DNA of 64,000 nt. Source: Naegleria gruberi (lineage: Eukaryota). The stretch lies in the NCBI GenBank assembly GCA_000004985.1, contig GG738885.1; one strand, 5' to 3'. Shown here piece after piece: positions 39,913 through 50,546 of this stretch. Both the position numbers and the translations under genes were made by a program. Positions within the stretch are counted from its first letter, which is position 1, and each line of letters begins with the position of its first letter. Below the pieces are notes generated by a model that worked only from the letters and a program-made list of their open reading frames with translations, ran no database searches and had not been told where the DNA came from.

Positions 39913-41793
39913 ATGATTAAGAATAGCATCTTTATTGCACTCTTTGTGTGTATATATTTAACATGTACAGTCTATTCACAAGGAGCTCCTTGTGTGTTCA
40001 ATACACCATTGCCAATTAATCCAGATTATTATTGGACAAGTCTTGCCTCCTTCCGAGCATGCTTGCCAAATATTCCTGCTGACAAGGATATGATTGCAAA
40101 CACCCTTGATATTGCTGTTGCTACTTCTAATGGTTATTCTTATGAATATATGGTTCAAAATAGCACATACTCTGGATCTGCATATTCTATTTCTGTAAAT
40201 TTGAAGAATAGAATTCAACAAATCAGAAACAAGAATTATGATTTCGACTATCAATTCCACAAAGAATTGATGGGTCTCTTCTTCAGTCTCTATGATGCTC
40301 ACACAATTTACATGCCTCCAAATCCATACAAGAATTCTTACTTGGTATTCCCATTCGATTTGACTAGCTCAATTACTAATGTTGGACAAGTTATTAGTGT
40401 AAAGGCTGACAATCGTCTCTATAGTGCCATTACTGGTTCTAATTCCGGTGCTGCTGGTAAAACTATTAGAACTATCAATGGAGTCAAGCCAAAGGACTTT
40501 TTAGATAGCATTGCTAATACTATTTTCATGTCAAAGGAAGCTGCTTCCAGATTCAATGAAGTTATCAAGATGCAAGAAATGTCTCTTGGTGCTTTGATTA
40601 TGCCAGAATTTGATTCATTGAACTATGTTTTCAGTGATGGTTCCTCTCTCAATCTCCCATTGGTTGTTTTGCTCTCTCAACAAATTAATGGTCCAAAAGA
40701 TTTCAAGAATTTAATGGCTGCTCAACCTTCCAAGTCAAGAATTGAAGTCAGAGTTAACAATAATCAAAAACGTGCACCAACTATGGCTGTTGATCCAAGA
40801 ATGGTCATTCCAGAATTGTCAATTCCAAAGATTGTTTACAAGAAAACTGGTTTTGAAAGCAAGCTTAGAGGAATGGCTGCTGGTAATCTCAAACTCCTTT
40901 ACTCTGCTTCTGATAAGTCTATCGCATACTTGTACCACACAACTCGTAAGATTTCAGTTTTCAAGATTGAATCATTTGCTCCAAATTATCCATACAGTCA
41001 ATATCCATGGGATGAATTCAAGAGTATTGTTGAAAGAGGAGTTGCTCATGCTCAATCTGTTGGTGTCAAGTCACTCGTTCTTGATTTACAAGGAAATGGT
41101 GGTGGATATGTTTGCTTATCGATTGCTTTGGCCAGACTTTTGATTGCCGAATATTCTGATCTGTCAAAACTCTATCAACCTTTTGAATTCAAGAAAAATC
41201 CACTTGTTGATTCTGCTCGTCCATTCTTCATTCAACCAAACTCAATGCTTAATGCTACAAATCTTCAACTATTGCCAAATGCTGATTTCTATGAGAGAGG
41301 TGTAACAAAGAAACTTGGTGGAGTTATTGCTAGTTACTCTCAACAATTCTATCTTGATTGTGCCAGTGAAGGTAACTTCTTCTTCAAGCCAGCCACTCAT
41401 TACTTTAACAAGTTTATTATCTTGACTGATGGTTTGTGCGGATCTAGTTGTTCTCAATTTGCTTCCAAATTGATTTATAATAAGAAGGCATTGGCTGCTA
41501 ATGTTGGTGGTTATGATTCTACTTTTGAAACAACTGCATTCAATGGTGGTGCTGTTCTTCACTATGATGACCTTGTCAAAAGAGGAGCTCCAATTCCAAG
41601 ATTAACCAAATCCAATGCTGTATTTACTTTCAATGAATTCCACATGTACTTGAATGCACAACAACCAATTCCAAGAGAATTCCAAATATTGAGAGGTGAT
41701 ATCAAGATTAACTCTTGGGACTTTGATGATTTGGAAGGATTGGTTGATACTGTTGCTCCTCAATTCGACAAGATGACTCCACTCAATCAATAA
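39913..41793 (+). CDS. Secreted peptidase S41 (tail-specific/C-terminal processing protease)-like protein
   Basis: Signal peptide MIKNSIFIALFVCIYLTCTVYS. S41-like blocks LVLDLQGNGGGYVCLSIALARLL and ILTDGLCGSSCSQFASKL (compare CtpA VLVDRGTASASEI). Confidence 0.55.
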   Translation: MIKNSIFIALFVCIYLTCTVYSQGAPCVFNTPLPINPDYYWTSLASFRACLPNIPADKDMIANTLDIAVATSNGYSYEYMVQNSTYSGSAYSISVNLKNRIQQIRNKNYDFDYQFHKELMGLFFSLYDAHTIYMPPNPYKNSYLVFPFDLTSSITNVGQVISVKADNRLYSAITGSNSGAAGKTIRTINGVKPKDFLDSIANTIFMSKEAASRFNEVIKMQEMSLGALIMPEFDSLNYVFSDGSSLNLPLVVLLSQQINGPKDFKNLMAAQPSKSRIEVRVNNNQKRAPTMAVDPRMVIPELSIPKIVYKKTGFESKLRGMAAGNLKLLYSASDKSIAYLYHTTRKISVFKIESFAPNYPYSQYPWDEFKSIVERGVAHAQSVGVKSLVLDLQGNGGGYVCLSIALARLLIAEYSDLSKLYQPFEFKKNPLVDSARPFFIQPNSMLNATNLQLLPNADFYERGVTKKLGGVIASYSQQFYLDCASEGNFFFKPATHYFNKFIILTDGLCGSSCSQFASKLIYNKKALAANVGGYDSTFETTAFNGGAVLHYDDLVKRGAPIPRLTKSNAVFTFNEFHMYLNAQQPIPREFQILRGDIKINSWDFDDLEGLVDTVAPQFDKMTPLNQ

Positions 41794-42029
41794 TTTTCTT
41801 CCTGAACCATAAAATTTTGTAAATATCCGAGTTTTGTAAATAAAAAAGTTTTGGTTGATTAATGAAATTTTCAAATCATTTTTATTAAAAAAGATCAGCA
41901 ACAAAAGATATTCAAAACCAGAGTGAATTCACTTACAATTTCACTACGCCATCAATTTACCATACTCAAAATAACCTAAAATTATCAAAACAAAAAAAAT
42001 AGAATCACATCTAATAATTATTAGAAGAA

Positions 42030-42425
42030 ATGTCCAACTTTAGAGGCCTTCCAGGATTTCCATCGTCATCAAGAGGAATCACAAGAGACGTTATTCGATC
42101 ACATATGCAAACAATGTTCTCTGTGACGTATCCATTGGATTCTACCTCTCCAACTTCTCCTTTGGATTTACCAATTTTTTCATCTATTGGTGCTGCTGGT
42201 AACAGTTTGAGTAATGCCTATCATGCCTACAATGGTAGACATAGCAAGGATTCTGATTGTATTCCGAGGGATATTATTTCTTTGAAACAAGTAACTGATT
42301 GTCCATTAGATCCAATCTTTGATATGCTCGGAGAAAGAGAATTTTTGATCAAGAAATTACATTTAAAACGAACACCACACAGAGTTGGACGTGCAAGACG
42401 TAACTTGCTAAGTCAAATTAGATAA
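42030..42425 (+). CDS. Hypothetical small protein (131 aa)
   Basis: Intact ORF. No domain recognised. Confidence 0.3.
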   Translation: MSNFRGLPGFPSSSRGITRDVIRSHMQTMFSVTYPLDSTSPTSPLDLPIFSSIGAAGNSLSNAYHAYNGRHSKDSDCIPRDIISLKQVTDCPLDPIFDMLGEREFLIKKLHLKRTPHRVGRARRNLLSQIR

Positions 42426-42616
42426 TGTAAATAATATTATAATTGTAAAATATTAAATCAAAATGTTTCAATATAAAATAGTTAATAAAACAACTAACTT
42501 GTTCCACAACAAAACATTTTGGAATTCTTTGCTTGGTATTTCCAATATTTTCTGGACTTGTTTTGGCGCTAAAAAGCCACAAATTATTTTTATCATTTTT
42601 GAATTTTTTAAAAAAA

Positions 42617-44853
42617 ATGTCGCTTCTCCTTATCCTTCTTATCACCCTTTGCATTCTCTTATTTACCACTTTATATATTAGATTTAGAAACTCTGTGCCC
42701 AGGTCTAATAGGAAAGTTTGGAATAGGAAAGATACATCTTCATTGGAAAATACTCTTCAAAAAATTATTGGAAAGAATATGACATCATACATTGTAGATA
42801 CATCGTCATCACAGAGGAAAAAGTCTTGGTCTCCGTATATTCCTCCTTCTTATAAGTTTAATAATAATTCATCAAATGTTGTTTTACAACAAAATGAAGT
42901 GACTCAACAACAAGAAGGAATGGCCAATAATAATAATATCAATGTTGAATATTCAAATAATAACAATAATATTTCAACATTTAATATTCAACAAAATAAT
43001 CAACAGAACTTGAATGTTAGCACCATTCCAATAGCATCACAATCTACAATTCTTTCAATTCACCCAAATACTTTAAATTCCGAGACCGACCTGACAAGCA
43101 CAATTTATAGAAAACCTACAGTAGACCGTTTGGACAAGAAACCAATTTATAAGAGCCCACAATTAAAGAAAAAACTATCTACTCCAAACAGCTCTGCCTC
43201 TAAGAAGAAAGTTATTTATTTCAATAATTCAAAATTTTTGGAGGGGGTGGGAGTTTCTCCAATTCTTCCAGATAAGAAAATTAGAGAAGAACCTATTCAC
43301 TTACCAAACTCGAGTTTTATGAACCAATCTACAATTGTATTGGAACCTATTACAGAAATGGAAAATAAGCCACAAGAACCTATTCAAGTTGTTAACACTA
43401 GTGAGGGAGAAACTACAGGAATGTTAGCAGATGCATCCATGATATCTGTCGGTGATAATAAGAAGTCGCCAAAAGGTATTTTAAGAAAGAGAGATCCCCT
43501 AGGAAATTTTGCAAATCAATCTATGAATTTGTCTACTCAGTTAAATGAGAGTGACATTCTAAATTCTAGCATTTTGAAGAAGAAAAAGGTGGAATTTGAT
43601 CAAGCAGTGAAAAATCAAAATTTAAAGAGGTCAGACCATTAGGATTTGAAAGGGCTGCTCCTCCACCTTCTGAAACTAGCTTTTCTAGAGAGGCTCAAAA
43701 AAGAACCAAAACAAGTGATATTGTCATGTCCAATACTACACCTACTTTAGTATCTCCTAAGCCTAAACCATTAATATTACCAACCACTCCTCCTTCTTCT
43801 AATATTGATGACTCTTTAATGATGGACAATTCAATGATTAGAGAATCAGAGCTGGATAAGAATGATAGTATCATTTTGGATTGTATAATTTCTGAAAAGA
43901 AACCTAAGAAAAAGTTTGGTAGAGTTGGTTTCTCCACACCAAGTACATTTAGAAATCAAAAGATTTTGAGATACAGTGAGGATATTGCACAAAGAAAAGA
44001 GTTGGCTTTCTATTTATTAAAGGGTGAACCATCTCCAGAAAAAAAGGTTTCCACACAAAATGCCAACAAGGCTGATGATAGCAATTTGGGATCTTCCTTT
44101 AACTTGTCAAGTTTGGCAAAGAGAAGCACAGATACTATTTCAGAAGGGCAACCACCAAAACCTACAACCTCTTCCTCAGAAACTTCTTCTACTACTGCTG
44201 GTTTTACTTTCACTGCAGGAGCAGTTTCTTCTTCCACTGAAAATAAGACTGAAGAAAAATCTAATCCTCCAACATTTGTACTTCCAACAACCAACACTTC
44301 CAAAAGAGAGGAAAGACCATCCCAAAAACCAGCCACAATCGAAACCCCAGTAATAGCACCTGACACAAACAAACAGACCCCACAATTGGATCTTTCTGCT
44401 TTCAAACAACCGGAACCTAAACCAATTGACAATGCTCAACCAACAGTAAAGCTAGGAACAGAAACCAAATCAACAGGTCCTACTGCTACGTTAAACATTC
44501 CAAGTGTTGGATCACATCAAGATAATGTAAATAAGGAAAATGAATCAGATTCCAATCCGTTTGCATCTATCATAATTCCTTCCAGTTCATCATCATCCAC
44601 AGATAATCCACCTGCTACTGAGACAACCAATCCATTTGCAAATCTCAAAGTTGCAACTCCAACAGAACAGAAAAAGAATGTCTTTAATCCATTTGCTAAT
44701 ACAACCAGCTCAAGCATGTTTGGAACACCATCTTCAAGAAATACCTTCAACAAAACAACACCATCAAAACCTGCTGATTCAGTTTCAGATTTTGCAAAGA
44801 TGGATCCCTCAATCTTCCAACGAGAAGCTCTTTCATTTGGATATCAAAAATAA
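42617..44853 (+). CDS. S/T/N/P-rich protein with N-terminal signal-anchor TM, multiple NPF motifs and FG-like dipeptides; two ORFs (to 43642, and 43726..44853) probably joined by a short intron (donor about 43607 or 43630; acceptor TTTTCTAGAG about 43688-43692)
   Basis: MSLLLILLITLCILLFTTLYI TM. NPFASI, NPFANL, NPFANT (EH-domain-binding motif). The second ORF's frame is open upstream to 43600 and overlaps the end of the first ORF. Confidence 0.4.
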
Positions 44854-45049
44854 ACTTTCATCCAAAAGCTTTCCCTTCTAGCTGGGGTTAATCAAAATAA
44901 AAGACAGATCTGATGAACTGGAACTTTCTACTTTGTGATGTTGCTAAATCGGGTTACCTATGATCTTCGAATATGGAACACCTCTAACTTAATAGACAAC
45001 AGGCCAAATCACAACCCACACATCTCTTTTCTCAAAAGAAGAAAACAAA

Positions 45050-45751
45050 ATGACAATTCTGTTGCTGCAACTTGCTGTTACATTGATGACATTGGCTTTT
45101 GTGAAGGGAATTAGTATTCTCAAGCTTGTTTCCTTCTTGATCTGTTGGAATGTGACTGGTCTCAATATGCTCAAGTTCTCAAACACTGAGTGGGTCTTCT
45201 GTGTGCTTGTATGTGCTTGCTTCACTGTGTTAAATTACAACTCTTTAAGTATTGGCATATTCAAGTTTGCCAAAGAAGATATTTTACTGCAACCCTATTG
45301 GGAATTTATCATGTGGCCATTCTACACTTTACACACTCTTCGAGTGATAAAAGCCATTCTCCCATCAAAGGATGAAGAAGCTGATAAGCCTTCCATATTT
45401 TCAGAAACCAATCGTTCAGACTTGCTTTTCAACCTTGTTGCTGCTTTGCTCATGTCTTGTCTGTTTGGTGTAATCAGAGATTCATCTACTCTTTTCATTA
45501 CCTCATCGTTGTTGCTCTCACTTATCTTGATCAAGTTCCACTCTGTACATGATGTGGCACATGTTGTTTACATGCAATTATTAGGTTACCTCATCGAAAT
45601 CACTGGTGTATTGAGTGGAGAGTGGCATTATCCATCGAACCCAATTGGAAGAATTCCTCTCTGGTTTTTGACAATGTGGGGAAGTGTTGGATTCTTCTCT
45701 TATAAATTGGTTTATCCAATTATTGCAGAATTAACAAAACCAAAGAAGTGA
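45050..45751 (+). CDS. Hypothetical multi-pass membrane protein (about 6 TM), 233 aa
   Basis: Hydrophobicity pattern only. Confidence 0.45.
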   Translation: MTILLLQLAVTLMTLAFVKGISILKLVSFLICWNVTGLNMLKFSNTEWVFCVLVCACFTVLNYNSLSIGIFKFAKEDILLQPYWEFIMWPFYTLHTLRVIKAILPSKDEEADKPSIFSETNRSDLLFNLVAALLMSCLFGVIRDSSTLFITSSLLLSLILIKFHSVHDVAHVVYMQLLGYLIEITGVLSGEWHYPSNPIGRIPLWFLTMWGSVGFFSYKLVYPIIAELTKPKK

Positions 45752-46225
45752 TTAAAATCTTAGCTTCCTTTATCCTTTGAACAACTTGTCCACTTTGTTG
45801 AAGACACTTTGATTTGGGTAAGGTTAAATAAGTGAATTTCTGGTCTTGTGGAAGAAAATAGAAAACAGAATAGTGATCAATTACCTTATACTTACTTGAA
45901 AAGTAAATCAGAAAAGGAAATTCTCAAGATGGAAAATGGGTTGGAAAAAAGAGTTATGGAAAGGGAAGAGAAGAAACTTGAAAGAATCAAAGATGTTAAA
46001 AACCAATTGCAAAATCAATAAATTCAACAATAATAGACATTCATTGCTCATGCCTTTCAAATGTAGAATGCTACCTTTCTAATAGCAAGGTCCTTGATGA
46101 CAATTTCCACCTATTTGCTCTTTGCAAAATGTGAGAGGTTCCATTTAATAATGTTTATTTGGTTGCTAGTGGTGATATGGAAGTTGTGACTTTCTCAGTT
46201 GGGAACCAACATCTTTTAAGGAGAA

Positions 46226-46257
46226 GCAAAGTACCTTACCTATTTAAGGTACTTTGC
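46226..46257. repeat. Perfect 13-bp inverted repeat (hairpin) with 6-nt loop, followed by a T-rich run on the + strand
   Basis: GCAAAGTACCTTA cctatt TAAGGTACTTTGC then ttttatttcc. Confidence 0.6.
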
Positions 46258-46432
46258 TTTTATTTCCATTCCCTAACAATCCAATGTTTCCTTATTTTTT
46301 AGAGCACCATCTCAAAACATTCACATATGGAAGGGTAAACAGATGCTGATAGAAATAAATATTTATTATATTACAATTTAAACCTCAATCTCTTGGTAAC
46401 AACAATTTGGTCCAGTATCATGTGACAGGCAT

Positions 46433-48193
46433 CTAGTCTGATTTTTTGATAGGTAGTTGCAGATATGAGGCGTGTGATTTGCCTGTGTGAATAATGTGCT
46501 TTCCTTTGTTTTCTGGAATATAAGCAGGTGTTCCTGGCATAATTGCTCCCAAATCGTTTTTAGAGCTAACCACCAATCGCAACTGTTCGCCAGGATAGAA
46601 GACCATACCAATTGGGAAAAGATCAATTTCGATTTCTGCAATCTCTCCCGCTTGAAGTTTCTCTACACGATCAAAGCTGTGGGCTGGAACAATATTGGTT
46701 GATAGTTTTTCGTCCAAATGACGTGCCGAAACACGCAGACGTCCATTTGATCCCTTGTATCTTAATACAGACCCACCGTGCTCAGTGAGATCTTGCATCA
46801 TAGCACCTTGATTAGGCACGATAAATTGTTGCAGATGATTGCCATGAACGTCCAGTTTTTGAACGAGAATAAACAAATCCATATCGTCTGCTCCCTCAGC
46901 TTCAACCCAAAGATGCACTTTAGGATAGCCGACCATAACAGTTTCTGTGTCGAAACGTACAATGAAAGAAGCAAGTCCCGGATCAGATTCAGTGTCATAG
47001 ATAACCTTTGCTTCTTGTGGAGGAATCTCAGTGGTAAGCTTACGGAATCTGCCATCAAGGTAATACTTTTGATTTGTAACATCATTCGGTGGAAATTCGC
47101 TTGCTGGTTGATTAATAAGGTCGCCACCTTCAAAGTCGTGTATTGCATAACGAACACGAGGTGTTTGTTCCCAACCATTGTTCTCTCCTTTGAGATAGTG
47201 ATTGAAAAAACGGCGTAAGTCTTCCATATTCTCATCTGTGTAATAATCGGGCCACTCCTGGGTATTATGGATACGAAGCCATTTTTCTGTAGATGCCATT
47301 CCTCGCCAAGCTCTGAATGTACCAGCTGTATGTAGAGTGTTGGAATAACTTGCAACAACGTAGGCGGGTACAGTAATTTTGTCTAAGCGTGCAGTCTTAT
47401 CTTCCCAAATAGCATTATTAGCCAAAGGATAACTAATTGCCTCTTCATAAACATCTTCACGCATCGTGTTTTTAGCACTGACGTGATTGACTTGTAGACG
47501 TTTTGTAAAGTTAAGATCTGGCATCCCACCACGCATAGATAGATCACGATAAGCATCGCTTAAACCTTCCCATGGGTTGATTGCAGCCAGATGAGGTGGT
47601 TGCTCGGCAGCAGTAAACCACTGTGAGATGGCTAGATAAGATGTTCCACTCATCGCTACTTTGCTGTTGCACCATTCCTGAATGGCTAGCCATTCGATTA
47701 AATCGGCACAGTCTCTTCCTTCCTGAGTTCCAATCATATTAATGTCGCCTTCTGAATGTGCAATTCCTCGTGCATCAGGATTGCAGACGGCATAGCCCTG
47801 AGCACACCAATGGGCAGGATCTGGTCCCTCGAACTTGGCTAATCCAGAGAGCATACCGTTATTAAGACCCAACATATTGAAAAGGTTTGTAGTTCTTGGG
47901 GCCGATCCTCCACTTTTGCCATAGGGACTCCATGCAATGATAACTGGGACTTTTTCTGTGACAACTGGTCGAAAAACATCGACATAAATTGTTTTCCCGT
48001 CACGCAAAGTTACTGCAACATCCTTTTCTAAAACTATATCTACTGGTAGAGTACGAAACATTGGGGCAAGCTGATAGCCTTTTGGCAATACCCGTGTGCC
48101 TGGTTCAAATTTACTCAATAGCCCATGTTCTTTTCCGTCATCAATGTAGTTGTAAGCAGGTTCGAAAATTTGAATTTCTTTCAGAGTTGTCAT
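46433..48193 (-). CDS. CocE/NonD-family alpha/beta hydrolase (peptidase S15, Xaa-Pro dipeptidyl-peptidase-like), 586 aa, single exon
   Basis: N-terminal alpha/beta-hydrolase region with GxSYxG nucleophile motif (AMSGTSYLAISQW). Domain order and length typical of CocE/NonD. Coding GC noticeably higher than most neighbours. Confidence 0.75.
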   Translation of the reverse strand: MTTLKEIQIFEPAYNYIDDGKEHGLLSKFEPGTRVLPKGYQLAPMFRTLPVDIVLEKDVAVTLRDGKTIYVDVFRPVVTEKVPVIIAWSPYGKSGGSAPRTTNLFNMLGLNNGMLSGLAKFEGPDPAHWCAQGYAVCNPDARGIAHSEGDINMIGTQEGRDCADLIEWLAIQEWCNSKVAMSGTSYLAISQWFTAAEQPPHLAAINPWEGLSDAYRDLSMRGGMPDLNFTKRLQVNHVSAKNTMREDVYEEAISYPLANNAIWEDKTARLDKITVPAYVVASYSNTLHTAGTFRAWRGMASTEKWLRIHNTQEWPDYYTDENMEDLRRFFNHYLKGENNGWEQTPRVRYAIHDFEGGDLINQPASEFPPNDVTNQKYYLDGRFRKLTTEIPPQEAKVIYDTESDPGLASFIVRFDTETVMVGYPKVHLWVEAEGADDMDLFILVQKLDVHGNHLQQFIVPNQGAMMQDLTEHGGSVLRYKGSNGRLRVSARHLDEKLSTNIVPAHSFDRVEKLQAGEIAEIEIDLFPIGMVFYPGEQLRLVVSSKNDLGAIMPGTPAYIPENKGKHIIHTGKSHASYLQLPIKKSD

Positions 48194-48297
48194 ATTGTCT
48201 CAATTTAATTTTTTTGCTTAAAGTTTCAAACTCTCAAATACAATCAAATCTTTTAAAGGTACTGGCAAACGAAAGTTCACGTCGCTTAACAAAATAG

Positions 48298-48311
48298 CCG
48301 CCATATGGCGG
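48298..48311. promoter_or_regulatory. GC-rich perfect 14-bp palindrome CCGCCATATGGCGG about 105 bp upstream of the CocE/NonD start codon; candidate transcription-factor site
   Basis: Isolated GC-rich palindrome in an otherwise AT-rich divergent promoter region. Confidence 0.2.
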
Positions 48312-48912
48312 AGGTGTTGTTTAAACATTCTCAAGTGCGTTAGTGGGTCGCATGTTTAGAGAGACAAGAGATTCACATCAGTACACTTAGTAATTGAATG
48401 ATTGAAGTGAAATCTCTTTTCTAAACATGAAGTGTTTCTTTTAAAGTCAGATAACAGAACTAATTTTTGGATTATCTTCCTGCCAAATAATGCTCCATCA
48501 AACACTGACTGAGTCCAACAATGTTTGATATTTGGAATTCTGTTCATGCAAACATTTAAGAAAAACATTTAAGAAAGCTGGATCTGTGTTCTTGTTTCGA
48601 ACACTTGCGGTATTATTGAAATGTGTTCGAAATCTTGTCTTTGGTTTTAGAAGTCTTGTTTTACCTTCATTCACCTGAATTTCTGATTTGTTGATTCATT
48701 CTTGCCAATGTTCTCCTCTTATTTAATCGAATCGAAGCATGGAGGCAATAAGAGTATTCAATAGTAATAGAATAAATACGGCAGGCTTTTAATTTATTTT
48801 TAGCAGCAATAGTTAAGAACAAATTTTTTCGTTGAGGATTGGCTAACAATTATGGCGCCCTTGTCTACCTAAAAAAGCTGTCCAAAAATAACTTTAAAAA
48901 AATATCATCGCC

Positions 48913-49554
48913 ATGATTAGAGGAGACAATTTGGTGCCTACCTCTTGGAGTGATGAAGAACGGTTTGTTGATGATCTGTTGAACACTTCTTCTTCATCAT
49001 CAATTTGTACACAAGCAGCAACGACATCAACAGTTGCTAATTCATCTTCTTCTAATAGCTTTTCATCATCCGAAATTATAGTCATCAGTGACGATGAAGA
49101 TTTACAAGAAGTGGATCGTTTTCCAACCGATTATCATGTGCAGACTCGATCTTCTAAGAAAAAGTCAACTCCCAAAGGTATAAAAAAGAACAAGAGGGAG
49201 ACTAGAAAGTCATCTAAAATTCAAAATGCTGAAAATATGAAGCATCCAGAAGATATAATTCCTCTGGATGTATTCAGACAATTTGTTAATTCTTCCAAGG
49301 ATGATTTACTTCACCAAGTACTTGGTGAACAGTTGGAAAGTCTCGAATCATCATTTAATAATAGTGAGAAGAAGCTTAAAAAGAAGGCCAGGAAGAAGTT
49401 CAACCCTCCAACCACAGTGGAATTTGATGAGGAGGCAATTCGAGTATTGAGAGATGGAGTTTCCTATTTACTAATTGAAAAATTGAAAAAAACAAAAGAA
49501 ATTGCAAATGCCAAAAATTTATCCCAAGCTCTTTCCCTAGCTATGGATTTGTAG
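48913..49554 (+). CDS. Hypothetical S-rich/basic protein (213 aa)
   Basis: Intact ORF. SSS tracts, IVISDDEDLQEV (SIM-like), KKK tracts. Confidence 0.35.
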   Translation: MIRGDNLVPTSWSDEERFVDDLLNTSSSSSICTQAATTSTVANSSSSNSFSSSEIIVISDDEDLQEVDRFPTDYHVQTRSSKKKSTPKGIKKNKRETRKSSKIQNAENMKHPEDIIPLDVFRQFVNSSKDDLLHQVLGEQLESLESSFNNSEKKLKKKARKKFNPPTTVEFDEEAIRVLRDGVSYLLIEKLKKTKEIANAKNLSQALSLAMDL

Positions 49555-50048
49555 CGCCAACAATTGATCATTCAACTCTCAAACTTCTCAATTTAATGTA
49601 TTTGTTCATTGATGAAGAATAAAAATTTCAAATATTTTTAAAAAAACAAAAATCCCACAACAATCAGCAAATCACACCTACAAATTTTTGGAGAAGAGAA
49701 AAACCAAAACTCTGAAGACTAAGATAGGACGCCATTCTCGAAGGTCAGACTCTAACGACAAGCCTGTCCTATTAGAGTTCGATTCAAAAGAAGGGAGCAA
49801 TAGCATAGAGTGCTTCTTAAGTGGCAAGTGCAACACGGAATGTTGCATTAATGTCAATCCAGATTCACACACTTATTTTTCAATCAAAATGTTGATGAAT
49901 CATTTTGATTGTAGAGCTATTTTAAACCGACTACAATGATGATAAACACGTGTGCTAATTGGAAGGGAAGATAACTCACCCGTAACACTTTGTGATGACC
50001 ATTTTAACTTGAAAACCTTCAATCTTTATTTTTGAAAATTCAAAAAAA

Positions 50049-50489
50049 ATGTCTCAATCAATGAAAGGATTCAACCTGACCAAACTCTCGGAAGGAAATG
50101 CTCATTTTGGAGAGCAAGTTGGCAATCAGCTCTATGAAGATTATCTCCCATCGTTGATGGCTACCCAACTTAATTGTGCTAAATATTTTGATCTTAAAGT
50201 TGATGATGAAAAGACAAAGAATGATCCAGAAAGAACACACATTTCCGAAAGTGAATATATGAAATCAGTTACAGGATGTATTGCTGAAAGTTTATGTCCA
50301 AAGACATTCAGTGAACAAAATAAGAGTAACAAGGATTGTGTATCAAAGCTGATTCAAATGAATGCTGATTGGAAAGCAAACGTTCCTCAAGATAAAGAAG
50401 TACAATTCAAAAAGGATCTCAAAGATTGCATGACAGAGGTAAAGAAATGTGCAGCAGAATTTATTTTGCACGGAAGCTCTGGAAACTAA
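50049..50489 (+). CDS. Hypothetical protein (146 aa)
   Basis: Intact ORF with ATG in aaaaaaATGT context. Confidence 0.35.
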   Translation: MSQSMKGFNLTKLSEGNAHFGEQVGNQLYEDYLPSLMATQLNCAKYFDLKVDDEKTKNDPERTHISESEYMKSVTGCIAESLCPKTFSEQNKSNKDCVSKLIQMNADWKANVPQDKEVQFKKDLKDCMTEVKKCAAEFILHGSSGN

Positions 50490-50546
50490 GCATAATGTAC
50501 ATTATATTTGTAAATATAAAAATCATCCACGTGTATGATGTGGCTA

